Below are positions 49,197 to 59,168 of a DNA stretch of 64,000 bases, one piece after another. Location: positions 1 through 64,000 of the forward strand of contig JBBRRY010000002.1 in the NCBI GenBank assembly GCA_038245905.1, read 5' to 3'. This DNA comes from Thermoanaerobaculia bacterium (lineage in GTDB: Bacteria; Acidobacteriota; Thermoanaerobaculia; UBA5066). How positions within the stretch are numbered: position 1 is the first letter of the stretch; every line of letters starts with the position of its first letter. The notes under the pieces are model-generated. The model worked only from the letters and a program-made list of their open reading frames with translations, was not told where the DNA came from and searched no databases. The position numbers were made by a program, and so were the translations under genes.

Positions 49197-50705
49197 ATGG
49201 TCCGCCTGACGCGCCAGGCCGGCGTGCTTTTGCACCCGACGTCGTTGCCGTCGCGCTTCGGCGTGGGGGACCTGGGTCCGGCCGCCGACGCCTTCCTCGA
49301 CTGGGCGTCGGAGGCGGGGCTGAGGCTCTGGCAGGTCCTGTCCCCGGGTCCGACCGGCCCCCACCATTCTCCCTACGACGGCCTCTCCGCGTTCGCCGGG
49401 AATCCGCTCCTCGTCTCGCCCGAGTGGCTCGTCGAGGAGGGCCTCCTGCCGGCCGGCGCCCTCGACGACGCCCCGGACTTTCCGGCTGACCGTGTCGACT
49501 GGGAGCGCGTGGTGCCGTTCCGCCGGCGGCTTCTCGAAGATTCGTTTCGCCATACGCGTTCCCTCGGCGGAAGGATCGAAGAAGAGATCGCGCGCTTCCA
49601 GAACGCCTCGTCACAGTCCGCATGGCTCGCGGACTGGGCGCTCTTCGCTGCCCTTCGCGAACGAAACGAGGCGCGGCCCTGGACCGAGTGGGACCCAGCC
49701 CTCGCGCACCGCGAGGAGGCCGCCCTCGCCGCGGCGCGGGCCGAGCTCGCCGGCGAGATCGCCTTCCACACCTACTCGCAATTCCTCTTCTTCCGTCAGT
49801 GGCAACGGGTCAAAGCCGCCGCGAACGCGCGCGGCATCTCGATCCTCGGAGACGTGCCCATCTACGTCGCGGGAGACAGCGCCGACGTCTGGGCGCACCG
49901 CCGGCTGTTCGCCCTCGGAGAGGACGGGCGGCCCACGGCGGTGGCGGGCGTTCCGCCGGACGCCTTCAGCGCGGACGGCCAGCTCTGGGGTCATCCGCTC
50001 TATCGTTGGGACGTCCTCGCCGACGAGGGCTACGACTGGTGGATCGAGCGGATTCGCCTCAATCTCCGGCTCGCGGACGCGGTGCGCCTCGACCACTTCC
50101 GCGGCTTTTCCGCATATTGGGAAGTGCCCGCCGGCGCCGCTACCGCGCGCGCGGGGCGCTGGGTGAACGGACCGGGCCTCATGCTCTTCATGGCGATCCA
50201 GCACGCGCTCGGAGACGTCGCGCTCGTGGCCGAAGATCTCGGCGTTCTCACGGACGAGGTGAGGCGGCTCCTCGAGGTTCTCGGCCTGCCGGGTATGAAG
50301 GTGCTTCAGTTCGCCTTCGGCGAGCTCGACAGCGAGCACCTGCCGCACCGTCACGTTTCCAACAGCGTCGTCTATACGGGCACCCACGATAACGACACGA
50401 CCCGCGCCTGGTTCGCGACGCTCGACGAAGACGCGAGGACCCGCTTTCGCGACTACCTCGGCACGACGGGAGAGGACGCGGCCTGGGATCTCATCCGCGC
50501 CGCGTTCTCTTCCGTCGCGGAGCGCGCGATCGTGCCGCTGCAGGACATCCTCGATCTCGGAGCGGAGGGCCGCATGAACGTGCCGGGGCGCGCCGGCGAG
50601 AACTGGGACTGGCGCGCCTCGAAGGATGCGTTCACGCCCGAATGCGCCGCACGCCTCCGGCACCTCGCGACACTGACGGGACGCGCGGCCGGCCCGAGGA
50701 GCTAG
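49197..50705 (+). CDS. malQ: 4-alpha-glucanotransferase (GH77)
   Basis: GVLLHPTSLP, SPY...SAFAGNP, GDVPIYV, GVPPDAFS..GQLWG.P, RLDHFRGF, AEDLG, YTGTHDNDT. Confidence 0.96.
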   Translation: MVRLTRQAGVLLHPTSLPSRFGVGDLGPAADAFLDWASEAGLRLWQVLSPGPTGPHHSPYDGLSAFAGNPLLVSPEWLVEEGLLPAGALDDAPDFPADRVDWERVVPFRRRLLEDSFRHTRSLGGRIEEEIARFQNASSQSAWLADWALFAALRERNEARPWTEWDPALAHREEAALAAARAELAGEIAFHTYSQFLFFRQWQRVKAAANARGISILGDVPIYVAGDSADVWAHRRLFALGEDGRPTAVAGVPPDAFSADGQLWGHPLYRWDVLADEGYDWWIERIRLNLRLADAVRLDHFRGFSAYWEVPAGAATARAGRWVNGPGLMLFMAIQHALGDVALVAEDLGVLTDEVRRLLEVLGLPGMKVLQFAFGELDSEHLPHRHVSNSVVYTGTHDNDTTRAWFATLDEDARTRFRDYLGTTGEDAAWDLIRAAFSSVAERAIVPLQDILDLGAEGRMNVPGRAGENWDWRASKDAFTPECAARLRHLATLTGRAAGPRS

Positions 50706-52018
50706 CTTCTCCCGCTGCCGGGGACCCGCTCGGACGGCAGCAGGATGACCGACTCCCCGAGCCCGCCCGCCGCGCTGCCGCCGCGATACGCTTCTTCCCC
50801 GTGCACCTGGCGGTCGAGGCCTTCCAGCTCGGCGCGAAGCTCGACCCGGAGCGGCGTGACGGCCTTCACGAGGAGGAGAACGGCGGCCGTGGCCGCCGCG
50901 GTGTATAGAAACACGACCGCGACCGCGCCGATCTGGACGCCGAGAAGCGCCGCGCCCCCCGCGAGGAGCCCGTTGCCGCCGTCCGGGTTCGCCGCCTTCG
51001 AGGCGAAGACGCCAGTCAGGATCGAACCGGTGATCCCGCCGATTCCGTGGCACGCGAAGACGTCGAGCGTGTCGTCGAGCGACGTACGCGCCCGAAGGCG
51101 CAGGGCCGTGAAGCTCGCGAGGGCCGTGAGCGCTCCGATCGCGACCGCGGAGAGCGGCGACACGAAGCCGGCCCCCGGCGTGATGCCGACGAGCCCGACG
51201 ACCGCGCCCGTCGCCGCGCCGACCGCCGTCGCATGGCCGCCAAAGTGGTTTTCGAGGAGGAGCCAGGTGAGGAGGGCTGCCGCCGCCCCGGCATTCGTCG
51301 TGACGAACGCGAGCGACGCGATGCCGTTCGCGGCGAGCGCCGATCCCGCGTTGAAGCCGAACCAGCCGAACCACAGCAGACCCGAGCCGAGGAGCACATA
51401 TGGGACGTTGTGCGGGATCAGCGCGATGCGCTTGTGGTCCTGCCGCGCGCCGAGCAACCGCGCGGCAACGAGAGCAGCCGTCCCGGCCGTCACGTGCACG
51501 ACCGTGCCGCCGGCGAAATCGAGCGCGCCCCATCCCCGCAGGAATCCGCCGGTGCCCCAGACCCAATGCGCAACCGGGGCGTAGACGACGAGACTCCAAA
51601 GTCCGATGAAGAGGACGTAAGCGCGGAAGCTCATCCTCTCGACGATCGCGCCCGAGATGAGCGCGGGCGTGATCGTCGCGAACATCCCCTGAAAGACGAA
51701 GAACGCGAGGTGCGGAACCGTGGGCGCATAGTCGGACTGGGGCGCCGCTCCGACCCCGGAAAGGCCGAGCCACTTCAACCCGCCGAGGAACGCCGAACCC
51801 GGAGCAAACGCGAGCGAATAGCCCGCCGCCATCCAGACGAGGGCGCCCGTACCCATCGCAACGTACGTCATCATCAGCGTGTTGAGCGTGTTCTTCCGCC
51901 GCACGAGGCCGCTGTAAAAGAAGGCCAGCCCTGGGTTCATGACGAAAACGAGCGCGGCCGAGCCGAGGAGCCACGCGGTGTCGCCGGCGCTGATCGCGGG
52001 AAGAGCCGCGCCATTCAC
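50702..52018 (-). CDS. amtB: Ammonium transporter
   Basis: GDTAW, PGLAFFYSG, FQGMFA, DFAGGTVVH, LLWFGWFGFNAGS, DDTLDVFACHG (both pore His); GTGA overlap with glnK. Confidence 0.96.
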   Translation of the reverse strand: MNGAALPAISAGDTAWLLGSAALVFVMNPGLAFFYSGLVRRKNTLNTLMMTYVAMGTGALVWMAAGYSLAFAPGSAFLGGLKWLGLSGVGAAPQSDYAPTVPHLAFFVFQGMFATITPALISGAIVERMSFRAYVLFIGLWSLVVYAPVAHWVWGTGGFLRGWGALDFAGGTVVHVTAGTAALVAARLLGARQDHKRIALIPHNVPYVLLGSGLLWFGWFGFNAGSALAANGIASLAFVTTNAGAAAALLTWLLLENHFGGHATAVGAATGAVVGLVGITPGAGFVSPLSAVAIGALTALASFTALRLRARTSLDDTLDVFACHGIGGITGSILTGVFASKAANPDGGNGLLAGGAALLGVQIGAVAVVFLYTAAATAAVLLLVKAVTPLRVELRAELEGLDRQVHGEEAYRGGSAAGGLGESVILLPSERVPGSGRS

Positions 52019-52416
52019 GCCGGGTCTCCCTTCGCGACACGGATCGCGCGCGCCTGGACCGCTCCGGCCGAAACGGGCGTCAGCGCCTGGACGTCCTGCT
52101 CGCCCGTCCGGATCCGGATCACGCGATCGAGCGGCTGGACAAAAATCTTTCCGTCGCCGACCTCGCCGGTGCGGGCGCCCGCGATGATGGCCGCGATCGT
52201 CGCCTCGACGAACGGCTCGGAGACAGCGATGTCGATCCGCACTTTCTCGACGAACTCGAAGACGAGCGTCGTGCCGCGGTACTGCTCGACCGTTTCATGC
52301 TCGCCGCCGTGCCCCTGCACGCGCGACAGGGAAATCCCCGTGACGCCGGCGCGGAACAGCTCGGCCTTTACGTCGGCGAGCTTCTCGGGGCGGATGATCG
52401 TGGTGATGAGTTTCAT
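52015..52416 (-). CDS. glnK: P-II nitrogen regulatory protein
   Basis: ATG at 52416: MKLITTIIRPEKL...YRG...ARTGEVGDGKIFV...RIRTGE; upstream of amtB. Confidence 0.95.
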   Translation of the reverse strand: MKLITTIIRPEKLADVKAELFRAGVTGISLSRVQGHGGEHETVEQYRGTTLVFEFVEKVRIDIAVSEPFVEATIAAIIAGARTGEVGDGKIFVQPLDRVIRIRTGEQDVQALTPVSAGAVQARAIRVAKGDPA

Positions 52417-52500
52417 GTGCAATCTCCCGCTTTCGCGCGTCGACGGCGCGTTGTATCGTCTTTCGGGGTCGAAGAGAAGCCTCGGCTCCTGGAGGTCTTC

Positions 52501-53082
52501 GTGGTTCGGACGGTCCGGGAAGAACCGGGGGGCGGGACCGGCACGAGCGGGACCTACCCAGCCGGGGACGAGCAGGACGTCGTCCTGAAGGACGGCGCGG
52601 CGCTGCACATGCGCCCGATCCGGGACGCCGACGAGGCGGGCCTCCTCGCGCTCTACGACCGCCTCTCTCCCGAGAGCCTCTATTTCCGCTTTTTCGCCGT
52701 GCCCGACAAGGACGCGGGGAAAGTCGCGTACCTCACGCATGTCGACTACGAAACGCGCTATGCCGTCGTCGCCGAGACGGCGGGAGCTATCGTGGGCGTC
52801 GCGCGATGGGAGCGCCTCGGCGTCCCGCCGGGCCACGCGGAAGTCGCCTTCACGGTAGCCGACGACTTTCAGGGGCGCGGCCTGGGCAGTATTCTTTTCC
52901 GGCGCCTCGCCGTGCTGGCCCGCGCTCGGGGAATCGCGGTATTCGAGGCCGAGGTCTTGAAGAACAACGAGCGCATGCTGCGCGTCTTCGAGCGCACCGG
53001 CCTCCCGACAGCGACGCGCGATCAGGGAAGCATTCTGACGATCCTCATGACGCTGGATCCGGCGGGCTCCCCGCCAGCCTGA
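52501..53082 (+). CDS. GNAT N-acetyltransferase (like the GNAT domain of Pat lysine acetyltransferases)
   Basis: LKDG...MRPI, LSPESLYFRFF, VDY, AEVAFTVADDFQGRGLG, N.RML.VF. The GTG start is uncertain. Confidence 0.87.
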   Translation: MVRTVREEPGGGTGTSGTYPAGDEQDVVLKDGAALHMRPIRDADEAGLLALYDRLSPESLYFRFFAVPDKDAGKVAYLTHVDYETRYAVVAETAGAIVGVARWERLGVPPGHAEVAFTVADDFQGRGLGSILFRRLAVLARARGIAVFEAEVLKNNERMLRVFERTGLPTATRDQGSILTILMTLDPAGSPPA

Positions 53083-53116
53083 TCCGGCGCCCGTATCCCT
53101 ATACACTTGCCGCGCG

Positions 53117-54253
53117 GTGGCCGCGGAACCACTTCCCAAGAGCATCGGCCGGTACGAGATTCTCCGCCTGCTCGGCCGGGGCGGAATGGGAGAGGTCTAC
53201 CTCGCGTCGGACTCCGCGCTGGGCCGCCAGGTCGCCATCAAGATCCTCCCGGCGGCTCTCCAGAGCGACGCGAAGATGCGCGGGCGTTTCATGAACGAAG
53301 CGCGCGCCGTCGCGACGCTGATCCATCCGAACGTGATCACGATCCACGACCTCGCGACGACGGACGCGCGCGACATGGGGGTCCCTCCGGGAGCCCTCTA
53401 TCTCGTCCTCGAATACCTCGAGGGAGAGGGCCTGGACGAGATCATGGACAGGCGGCGGCTCTCGATCGCCGAGTGCCTCGACATCGCGATCCAGGCGCTC
53501 GAGGGCCTGAAGGTGGCGCATCAGAGCCGCATCCTGCACCGGGACATCACGCCGTCGAACATCATGCTGGCGCCGAGCGGCCACGTGAAGGTGCTCGACT
53601 TCGGACTCAGCAAGATTCTCTCCGAGGGCGCCCGCGACACGGCGCGGTCTCACCTCCATACGGGCGAAGGGATGATCGTCGGCACACTCGACTACCTGTC
53701 GCCGGAGCAGGCCCTCGGCAACCCCCTCGACGAGCGGTCCGACCTCTTCTCGTTCGGCATCGTGTTCTACCAGATGCTGGCCGGCGTGCATCCGTTCTCG
53801 GGTGCGAGCGTGACGCAGATGGTGGCCAAGATGATGACCAAGGAGGCGGACCCCTGGCCCGAGCCCGAGCTCGTGCCCGAAAGCCTGAAACAGATCGTTG
53901 CGCGCGCCCTCCGGAAAGAGCCCGCCGAACGTTACGGAAGCGCGGGCCAGATGATTCTCGACCTCGTGGTCGCCCGGCGCGAGCTGCACGCGAGACCCGC
54001 CCGGGGGGCCGTCACGCGAGAAGTCCCCGCAGCAAGACCCGTCGCGGGCTCCGTCGCCGACTCAACGGCCCCGCTTCGGCGGCCGCGCTCCTCGGCCGCG
54101 GCCATGACGAGCGAAATGCCAGCGCCCCGAAAGGGGCCTCTTCTTCTCCTCCTCGGCGCGAGCCTCTCGTTGATCGCCGTGACCGCCCTCTTCGCGACCC
54201 GCGGCTGCGGACGGCTCCGGACGCTCGCCCCCCCGCCGGCGTCGGCCCGCTGA
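53117..54253 (+). CDS. Hanks-type Ser/Thr protein kinase with C-terminal TM
   Basis: LGRGGMGEVY, VAIK, HRDITPSN, DFGL, GTLDYLSPEQ, SDLFSFG; TM near the C terminus. Confidence 0.94.
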   Translation: MAAEPLPKSIGRYEILRLLGRGGMGEVYLASDSALGRQVAIKILPAALQSDAKMRGRFMNEARAVATLIHPNVITIHDLATTDARDMGVPPGALYLVLEYLEGEGLDEIMDRRRLSIAECLDIAIQALEGLKVAHQSRILHRDITPSNIMLAPSGHVKVLDFGLSKILSEGARDTARSHLHTGEGMIVGTLDYLSPEQALGNPLDERSDLFSFGIVFYQMLAGVHPFSGASVTQMVAKMMTKEADPWPEPELVPESLKQIVARALRKEPAERYGSAGQMILDLVVARRELHARPARGAVTREVPAARPVAGSVADSTAPLRRPRSSAAAMTSEMPAPRKGPLLLLLGASLSLIAVTALFATRGCGRLRTLAPPPASAR

Positions 54254-54380
54254 ACACGCCGCCATGACGAAACCTTGTTGCGATCGCCGTCACACGGATC
54301 TTGAGATAGGCTTCACGCGAACTTCACGTCCCCTGCATCTAGGGGTGACGATCATTGAGCCGTTCGAAGGAGGATTTTCG

Positions 54381-57335
54381 ATGTCGCGATCGTTCCGTTC
54401 TCTCGCGATTCTCACCGCGGTCATGGCCCTTGCGCTGGCGTGGCCCGCCGCGCCGCTTTTCGCGCAGAGCAGCGCGGGATCCATCTCGGGCACCGTGGCG
54501 GACGCTGCCGGAGGGCCCCTCCCCGGCGCAAGCGTGACCGCGAAGAACGCGAAGACGGGGGCCACGCGGGCCACCGTCTCCAACGCTGCCGGCGCGTTCA
54601 ACTTTCCTCTTCTCGGCGTCGGCGTTTACAGCGTCACCGCGGACCTCTCCGGCTTCGGCTCCGCGACGAAAACCGGCATCGAGCTGAATGTCGGCGGCGA
54701 CGTCTCGCTCAAGTTCGTGCTCGCGCTCTCGAGCGTGAAGACGGCCGTGACCGTCACCGAAGAGGCGCCCCTGATCGAGACGACGCGCACGCAGCAAAGC
54801 GCCGTCGTGAACGAGAACTACATCCAGAACCTCCCCACGAACGGGCGCAATTTCATCGACTTCGTCCTCACGACGCCGGGCGTCACGAAGGACCCGCGCC
54901 TTGGCGACATCAGCTTCGCCGGTCAGCGCGGCACACTGAACAGCCTGGTGATCGACGGCGCCGACAACAACAACACGTTCTTCGGCCAGGCCCTTGGCCG
55001 CACGGGCTCGGGCCGCGCGCCCTACCAGTTCAGCCAGGATGCCGTGAAGGAGTTCCAGGTCAACCGTAACGCATACACGGCCGAGTTCGGCCGGGCGGGC
55101 GGCGCGGTCATCAACGTCGTGACGAAGTCGGGCACGAACGAGTTCCACGGAAGCGCGTTTGAGTTCTTCCGCGACAAGGGCATGAACGCGAACGACTACA
55201 TCAACGTGATCAACGGCCGCGACAAGAGCAACTACCACTACAACCAGTTCGGCGCGAGTCTCGGAGGACCGATCCTCCGAGACCGGCTCTTTTTCTTCGT
55301 GAACTACGACGGACAACGCAATACGAACGGACAGCCCGTCATCCTCTCCACCGGCGCCCTCCCGACGGACGCAAACACGGCCGCCGGCCTTGCGAAGCTC
55401 ACCCCCCTCGCGAGCCCCTACGACCGCGGCCAGAACCAGGACGTCTTCCTGGCGAAGGCCGACTATGACGCGGGCTCCTCGGCGCACGTCTCCGTTCGCT
55501 ACAACCGCCAGGACTTCACGGGCGTGAACAACGAGAACGGCGGCACGACACAGTCCGTCACGCACTCGGGCAACTCGCTCGTCAAGACGGATACCGTCAC
55601 CGCCTCCCTCACTAATTCCTTCGGGACGTCGCTTTTCAACGAGCTGCGCGGCCAGTACGCGAGGGACTCCGAGCCCGGCCTCGCGAACAGCTCCGACCCC
55701 GAGGCGCTGATTCAGGACGTCGGAAACTTCGCCTTCACGATCGGGCGGAACAATTTCAGCCCGCGCGAGACGACGATTACGCGCTACCAGGCCGCCGACG
55801 CCGTGACCTACCTCTTCGGCAGCCACGCGATCAAGGGCGGCGTCGACTTCAACCGCGACCTGATCCTGAACTGGTTCCCCGGCAACTTCTCCGGCAGCTA
55901 TACCTTCAACTCGATCGCGTCTTACAACCTCGGACAACCCATCCGGTTCGTCCAGGCGTTCGGGGGCCCCGGCACGAGCGGCCCTTTCACGAACCCCGAT
56001 CTCTCGGAGATCGGAATCTTCCTGCAGGACGAGTGGCGGCCGACCCCGAACCTCACGCTCAACCTCGGCGTGCGCTACGACAAGCAGGGCATCGCGCAAC
56101 CCACGGTCCGTAACCCCGACGCCCAGCTCCTCGCGGCGGGCATCGACACGAGCGTCGTCCCGGAGGACACGAACAACGTCGGCGTCCGCCTCGGCTTCGC
56201 ATGGACGCCGAAGGGCCAGGACACAACGGTCGTTCGCGGCGGCTACGGCATGTTCTACGGCCGGACGCCTTCGATCATGATCGGGACGGCGATGTCGAAC
56301 AACGGCGTCAACGTGCAGACGCTCACGTTCACGGGCGCGCAAATGCCGGCGTACCCGAACATCTTCCCCTCGATCCCGACGGGCGTCGCCCTGCCGAAGC
56401 CGACGATCTTCGTCTTCGACCCGAGCTTCGAGAACCCGCTTGTCCACCAGGCGAGCCTCGGCATCGAGCATGCGGTGTCGAACGACTACTCGGTCGGCCT
56501 GTCCTATCTCTACGTGAAGGGCACCAAGCTACAGCGCTCGACGGACATCAACGTCGGATCCCCATCCGTCGTCAACTTCACGGACGCCGCGGGAAACGTC
56601 TACCCCATCACACGCTACGGCGCCGACCGTCCCTTCACGAACTTCGCGCGCGTCGTCCAGTTCCAGAGTACGGCGGAATCCAACTACAACGGCGTCACGC
56701 TCGAGCTCAACAAGCGCTTCTCGAACAACTGGCAGGCGCGCGTCGCATACACGTTCGGCAAGGTCCTCGACACGAAGCCCGACGCGACCTCGGTCGTCCC
56801 GGGCGGCGGCGACGACGCCAAGCAGGCCTCCGACCCGAAGAACTTCCAGGCGGACTACGCCCCGGGAGACGCCGACCAGCGCCACCGCATCGTCTTCTCG
56901 GCCTACTGGAGCCTTCCTTACTACCGCAGCGCGGGCGGCGTCGAGCAGGCCCTGTTCGGAGGATGGTCGCTCTCGGGAATCGTGACGCTCGCGAGCGGCC
57001 AGCCGTATTCGCCGATCCTCTCGCCGCTCACCGACATCAACAGCGACGGAAACAACCGCAACGACCGCGCCCCCGGCTTCTCGCGCAATTCGTTCAACTA
57101 CCCGACGTTTTTCTCGATCGACCCGCGCATCACGAAGGACGTCCCGCTCGGCGGGGTGACGCTCCAGGTGATCCTCGAAGCCTTCAACGTGTTGAATCGC
57201 TCGAACATCGTGAGCGTGAACCAGGGCTACTACGGCGTGAACGGAACGGTGCTCGCGCCTCTCGCGAGCTTCGGCGCGCCGACCACCTCGTTCGGCCCCC
57301 GCATCCTGCAGCTCGCGGCCAAGGTCATCTTCTGA
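54381..57335 (+). CDS. Oar-like TonB-dependent outer-membrane receptor with carboxypeptidase-regulatory N domain
   Basis: GGAGG RBS; signal; GSISGTV.D..G..LPGA.VT, LP.NGRNF, IDGADNN, AEFGR..G.VINVVTKSGTNEFHGS, QDEWR, LNLGVRYD; terminal PRILQLAAKVIF. Confidence 0.94.
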   Translation: MSRSFRSLAILTAVMALALAWPAAPLFAQSSAGSISGTVADAAGGPLPGASVTAKNAKTGATRATVSNAAGAFNFPLLGVGVYSVTADLSGFGSATKTGIELNVGGDVSLKFVLALSSVKTAVTVTEEAPLIETTRTQQSAVVNENYIQNLPTNGRNFIDFVLTTPGVTKDPRLGDISFAGQRGTLNSLVIDGADNNNTFFGQALGRTGSGRAPYQFSQDAVKEFQVNRNAYTAEFGRAGGAVINVVTKSGTNEFHGSAFEFFRDKGMNANDYINVINGRDKSNYHYNQFGASLGGPILRDRLFFFVNYDGQRNTNGQPVILSTGALPTDANTAAGLAKLTPLASPYDRGQNQDVFLAKADYDAGSSAHVSVRYNRQDFTGVNNENGGTTQSVTHSGNSLVKTDTVTASLTNSFGTSLFNELRGQYARDSEPGLANSSDPEALIQDVGNFAFTIGRNNFSPRETTITRYQAADAVTYLFGSHAIKGGVDFNRDLILNWFPGNFSGSYTFNSIASYNLGQPIRFVQAFGGPGTSGPFTNPDLSEIGIFLQDEWRPTPNLTLNLGVRYDKQGIAQPTVRNPDAQLLAAGIDTSVVPEDTNNVGVRLGFAWTPKGQDTTVVRGGYGMFYGRTPSIMIGTAMSNNGVNVQTLTFTGAQMPAYPNIFPSIPTGVALPKPTIFVFDPSFENPLVHQASLGIEHAVSNDYSVGLSYLYVKGTKLQRSTDINVGSPSVVNFTDAAGNVYPITRYGADRPFTNFARVVQFQSTAESNYNGVTLELNKRFSNNWQARVAYTFGKVLDTKPDATSVVPGGGDDAKQASDPKNFQADYAPGDADQRHRIVFSAYWSLPYYRSAGGVEQALFGGWSLSGIVTLASGQPYSPILSPLTDINSDGNNRNDRAPGFSRNSFNYPTFFSIDPRITKDVPLGGVTLQVILEAFNVLNRSNIVSVNQGYYGVNGTVLAPLASFGAPTTSFGPRILQLAAKVIF

Positions 57336-58014
57336 GGAGAGTCAGAATCCTCTCGTAGTCTTCCGGGAGCTGGGCCTCGACGTCGAGGCCCAGCTCCTCG
57401 ACGACGATCCGCTCCGCGTGGAGGAGCGGCCGCGTGATTCCGGCGAGCGCCTCACGCAGCGCGTGGTTGCGAACACCGTGCCAGCGGCTGGCGCCCCCGT
57501 AGAAGTCGTCGCCCACGATCGGGTGGCCCACCGCGGATAGGTGGACGCGGATCTGGTGCGTGCGTCCGGTCTCGGGCGCAAGCGAGAGATCAGCGAGCGA
57601 CGAGAACCTCGCAAGCGTCGCGTAGCGCGTGACGGACGGCTTCCCGTCGCCGGAAACGCGCATCTTGCGCCCGTCCTTCGGGTCGCGTGAGAGAGAGCGG
57701 TCGATTGCCCCTTTCGCGGGCACGGGATGGCCCCAGACGAGCGCGCGGTATGTCTTTTGGGCGCGGCGCTCCTGAAACGAGAGACTGAGCGCGCGATGGG
57801 CGGCGGGCGTCTTCGCAAAGAGAACGACACCCGACGTCCCCGTGTCGAGGCGGTGGACGAGAAGCGGAAGGGGATCCGGCGGATCGACGCCACAGGCCGC
57901 GAGCAGACGCCGGACGGCATCTTCCGCCGACTTGCCTTCCTTCGAGGATGTCGCCATCGAGACGCCCGGGGGTTTGTCGAGCGCCAGGACGTCGTCGTTC
58001 TCGAAGAGGACCAC
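57325..58014 (-). CDS. RluA-family pseudouridine synthase
   Basis: DKPPG, VHRLDTGTSG, KTYRALV.G, TGRTHQIRVHL...GHPIVGD..YG, LHA. Confidence 0.93.
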   Translation of the reverse strand: MVLFENDDVLALDKPPGVSMATSSKEGKSAEDAVRRLLAACGVDPPDPLPLLVHRLDTGTSGVVLFAKTPAAHRALSLSFQERRAQKTYRALVWGHPVPAKGAIDRSLSRDPKDGRKMRVSGDGKPSVTRYATLARFSSLADLSLAPETGRTHQIRVHLSAVGHPIVGDDFYGGASRWHGVRNHALREALAGITRPLLHAERIVVEELGLDVEAQLPEDYERILTLLRR

Positions 58015-58024
58015 CTCGCCGCCG

Positions 58025-58498
58025 TCAATCCACGTTCGTCATGACGACGCGGGACTCCGCGTAGGTGACGCGCGACGCGTAGCGGCGCTTTTTCACCACT
58101 TTCGTCTCGACGAGAACCATCCGTCCCGACGCCAGGCCTTCGGGAACGGACGCGTCCCTCGCGAGGGGGTATTTCACGAGCTGTCCCGCGGGCGACTTCA
58201 CCGTGATCGATCTTCCCGGCACGTATCCCGTCACGGTCGACGCGGCCGAACGCCCGAGCGTGACGGGCTTGCCCGAGGCGAGGCCCGACTTCAGCCGGAC
58301 GCGGCCGGCCGCCGGGGACGCGACGAGCGGCGGCGCGGAAACGGTCGGTCCGCTATCGGGCGTCGGGGCGGAAGCGGGTGCCGTCGTTTCCGGGACGGGT
58401 GTCGGGGCGGCCTCCCTCGCGGAGAGCCGCGACCCGGTCAGCGCCATCAGTGAAGCGAAAGCGACGCGGAAAATCGGCGGGGACGCGCCGGCTTTCAA
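58025..58498 (-). CDS. Exported hypothetical protein (small beta domain)
   Basis: TTG start overlaps the upstream stop; signal-like segment; Pro/Thr linker; domain similar to the upstream gene. Confidence 0.65.
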   Translation of the reverse strand: MKAGASPPIFRVAFASLMALTGSRLSAREAAPTPVPETTAPASAPTPDSGPTVSAPPLVASPAAGRVRLKSGLASGKPVTLGRSAASTVTGYVPGRSITVKSPAGQLVKYPLARDASVPEGLASGRMVLVETKVVKKRRYASRVTYAESRVVMTNVD

Positions 58499-59112
58499 CG
58501 GACCGGCGACTGCGCGGCGGAGAACTTGGACTTCGGCGGCGCCTTGGGCGGCGTCTGCCGCGACACGAGGTCTGCGGTCTTCCCGCTGCCGGAGCTCTCG
58601 AGCGGAACGCGCACGATGACGCGGTCTCCGGTCGCGAGACCTTCGTACACGCCCGCGCCCGGCGCGAGAGCCACGGTGCGCTTGCGCCCGTTCTTCTCGA
58701 CGATCGTGATCGAGACGCCCTTCGCGTAGGCCTTGACGCGTCCCCGGAGCGACACGAACGCCGCCTTGACCTCCGCCGGGCCGGTCGGGCCGGAAGGCGG
58801 CGCCGGAGCGGGCGCCCGCACGATGGTTCCGGTGCCCGTGACGCCGGCAACGCCCGTCGAGGGGGCCGGCGTCGCGGACGGATCCACCGCGCCGCGATTC
58901 GTTCGAACGTATCCCTCCGCGTCCGTCGGCATCGAGCCGCTCGGGCGCGCGACGCCTTCCTTGTTCGGCTGATCCGGGAGAGACGGCGCCACGACGTGCT
59001 GTTCGGCTGGCGTCGGCGCGGGCGCCGGCGGGATGGGCGTCGGCGCCTGCGCGAGTGCCGAGGCGCCGGCGACGGACGCGAAAGCGAGGACTGCGGCGAG
59101 CGCGACTTTCAT
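58495..59112 (-). CDS. Exported hypothetical protein (Pro-rich plus small beta domain)
   Basis: ATG at 59112, signal MKVALAAVLAFASVAGASALA-Q; C-terminal GRVKAYAKGVSITI...GDRV.V. Confidence 0.72.
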   Translation of the reverse strand: MKVALAAVLAFASVAGASALAQAPTPIPPAPAPTPAEQHVVAPSLPDQPNKEGVARPSGSMPTDAEGYVRTNRGAVDPSATPAPSTGVAGVTGTGTIVRAPAPAPPSGPTGPAEVKAAFVSLRGRVKAYAKGVSITIVEKNGRKRTVALAPGAGVYEGLATGDRVIVRVPLESSGSGKTADLVSRQTPPKAPPKSKFSAAQSPVR

Positions 59113-59168
59113 GTGCGAATTGTAGTCTTCGGGGTCACGGGTCCGCGGAGTGGTTCCCGCAATCGTCC

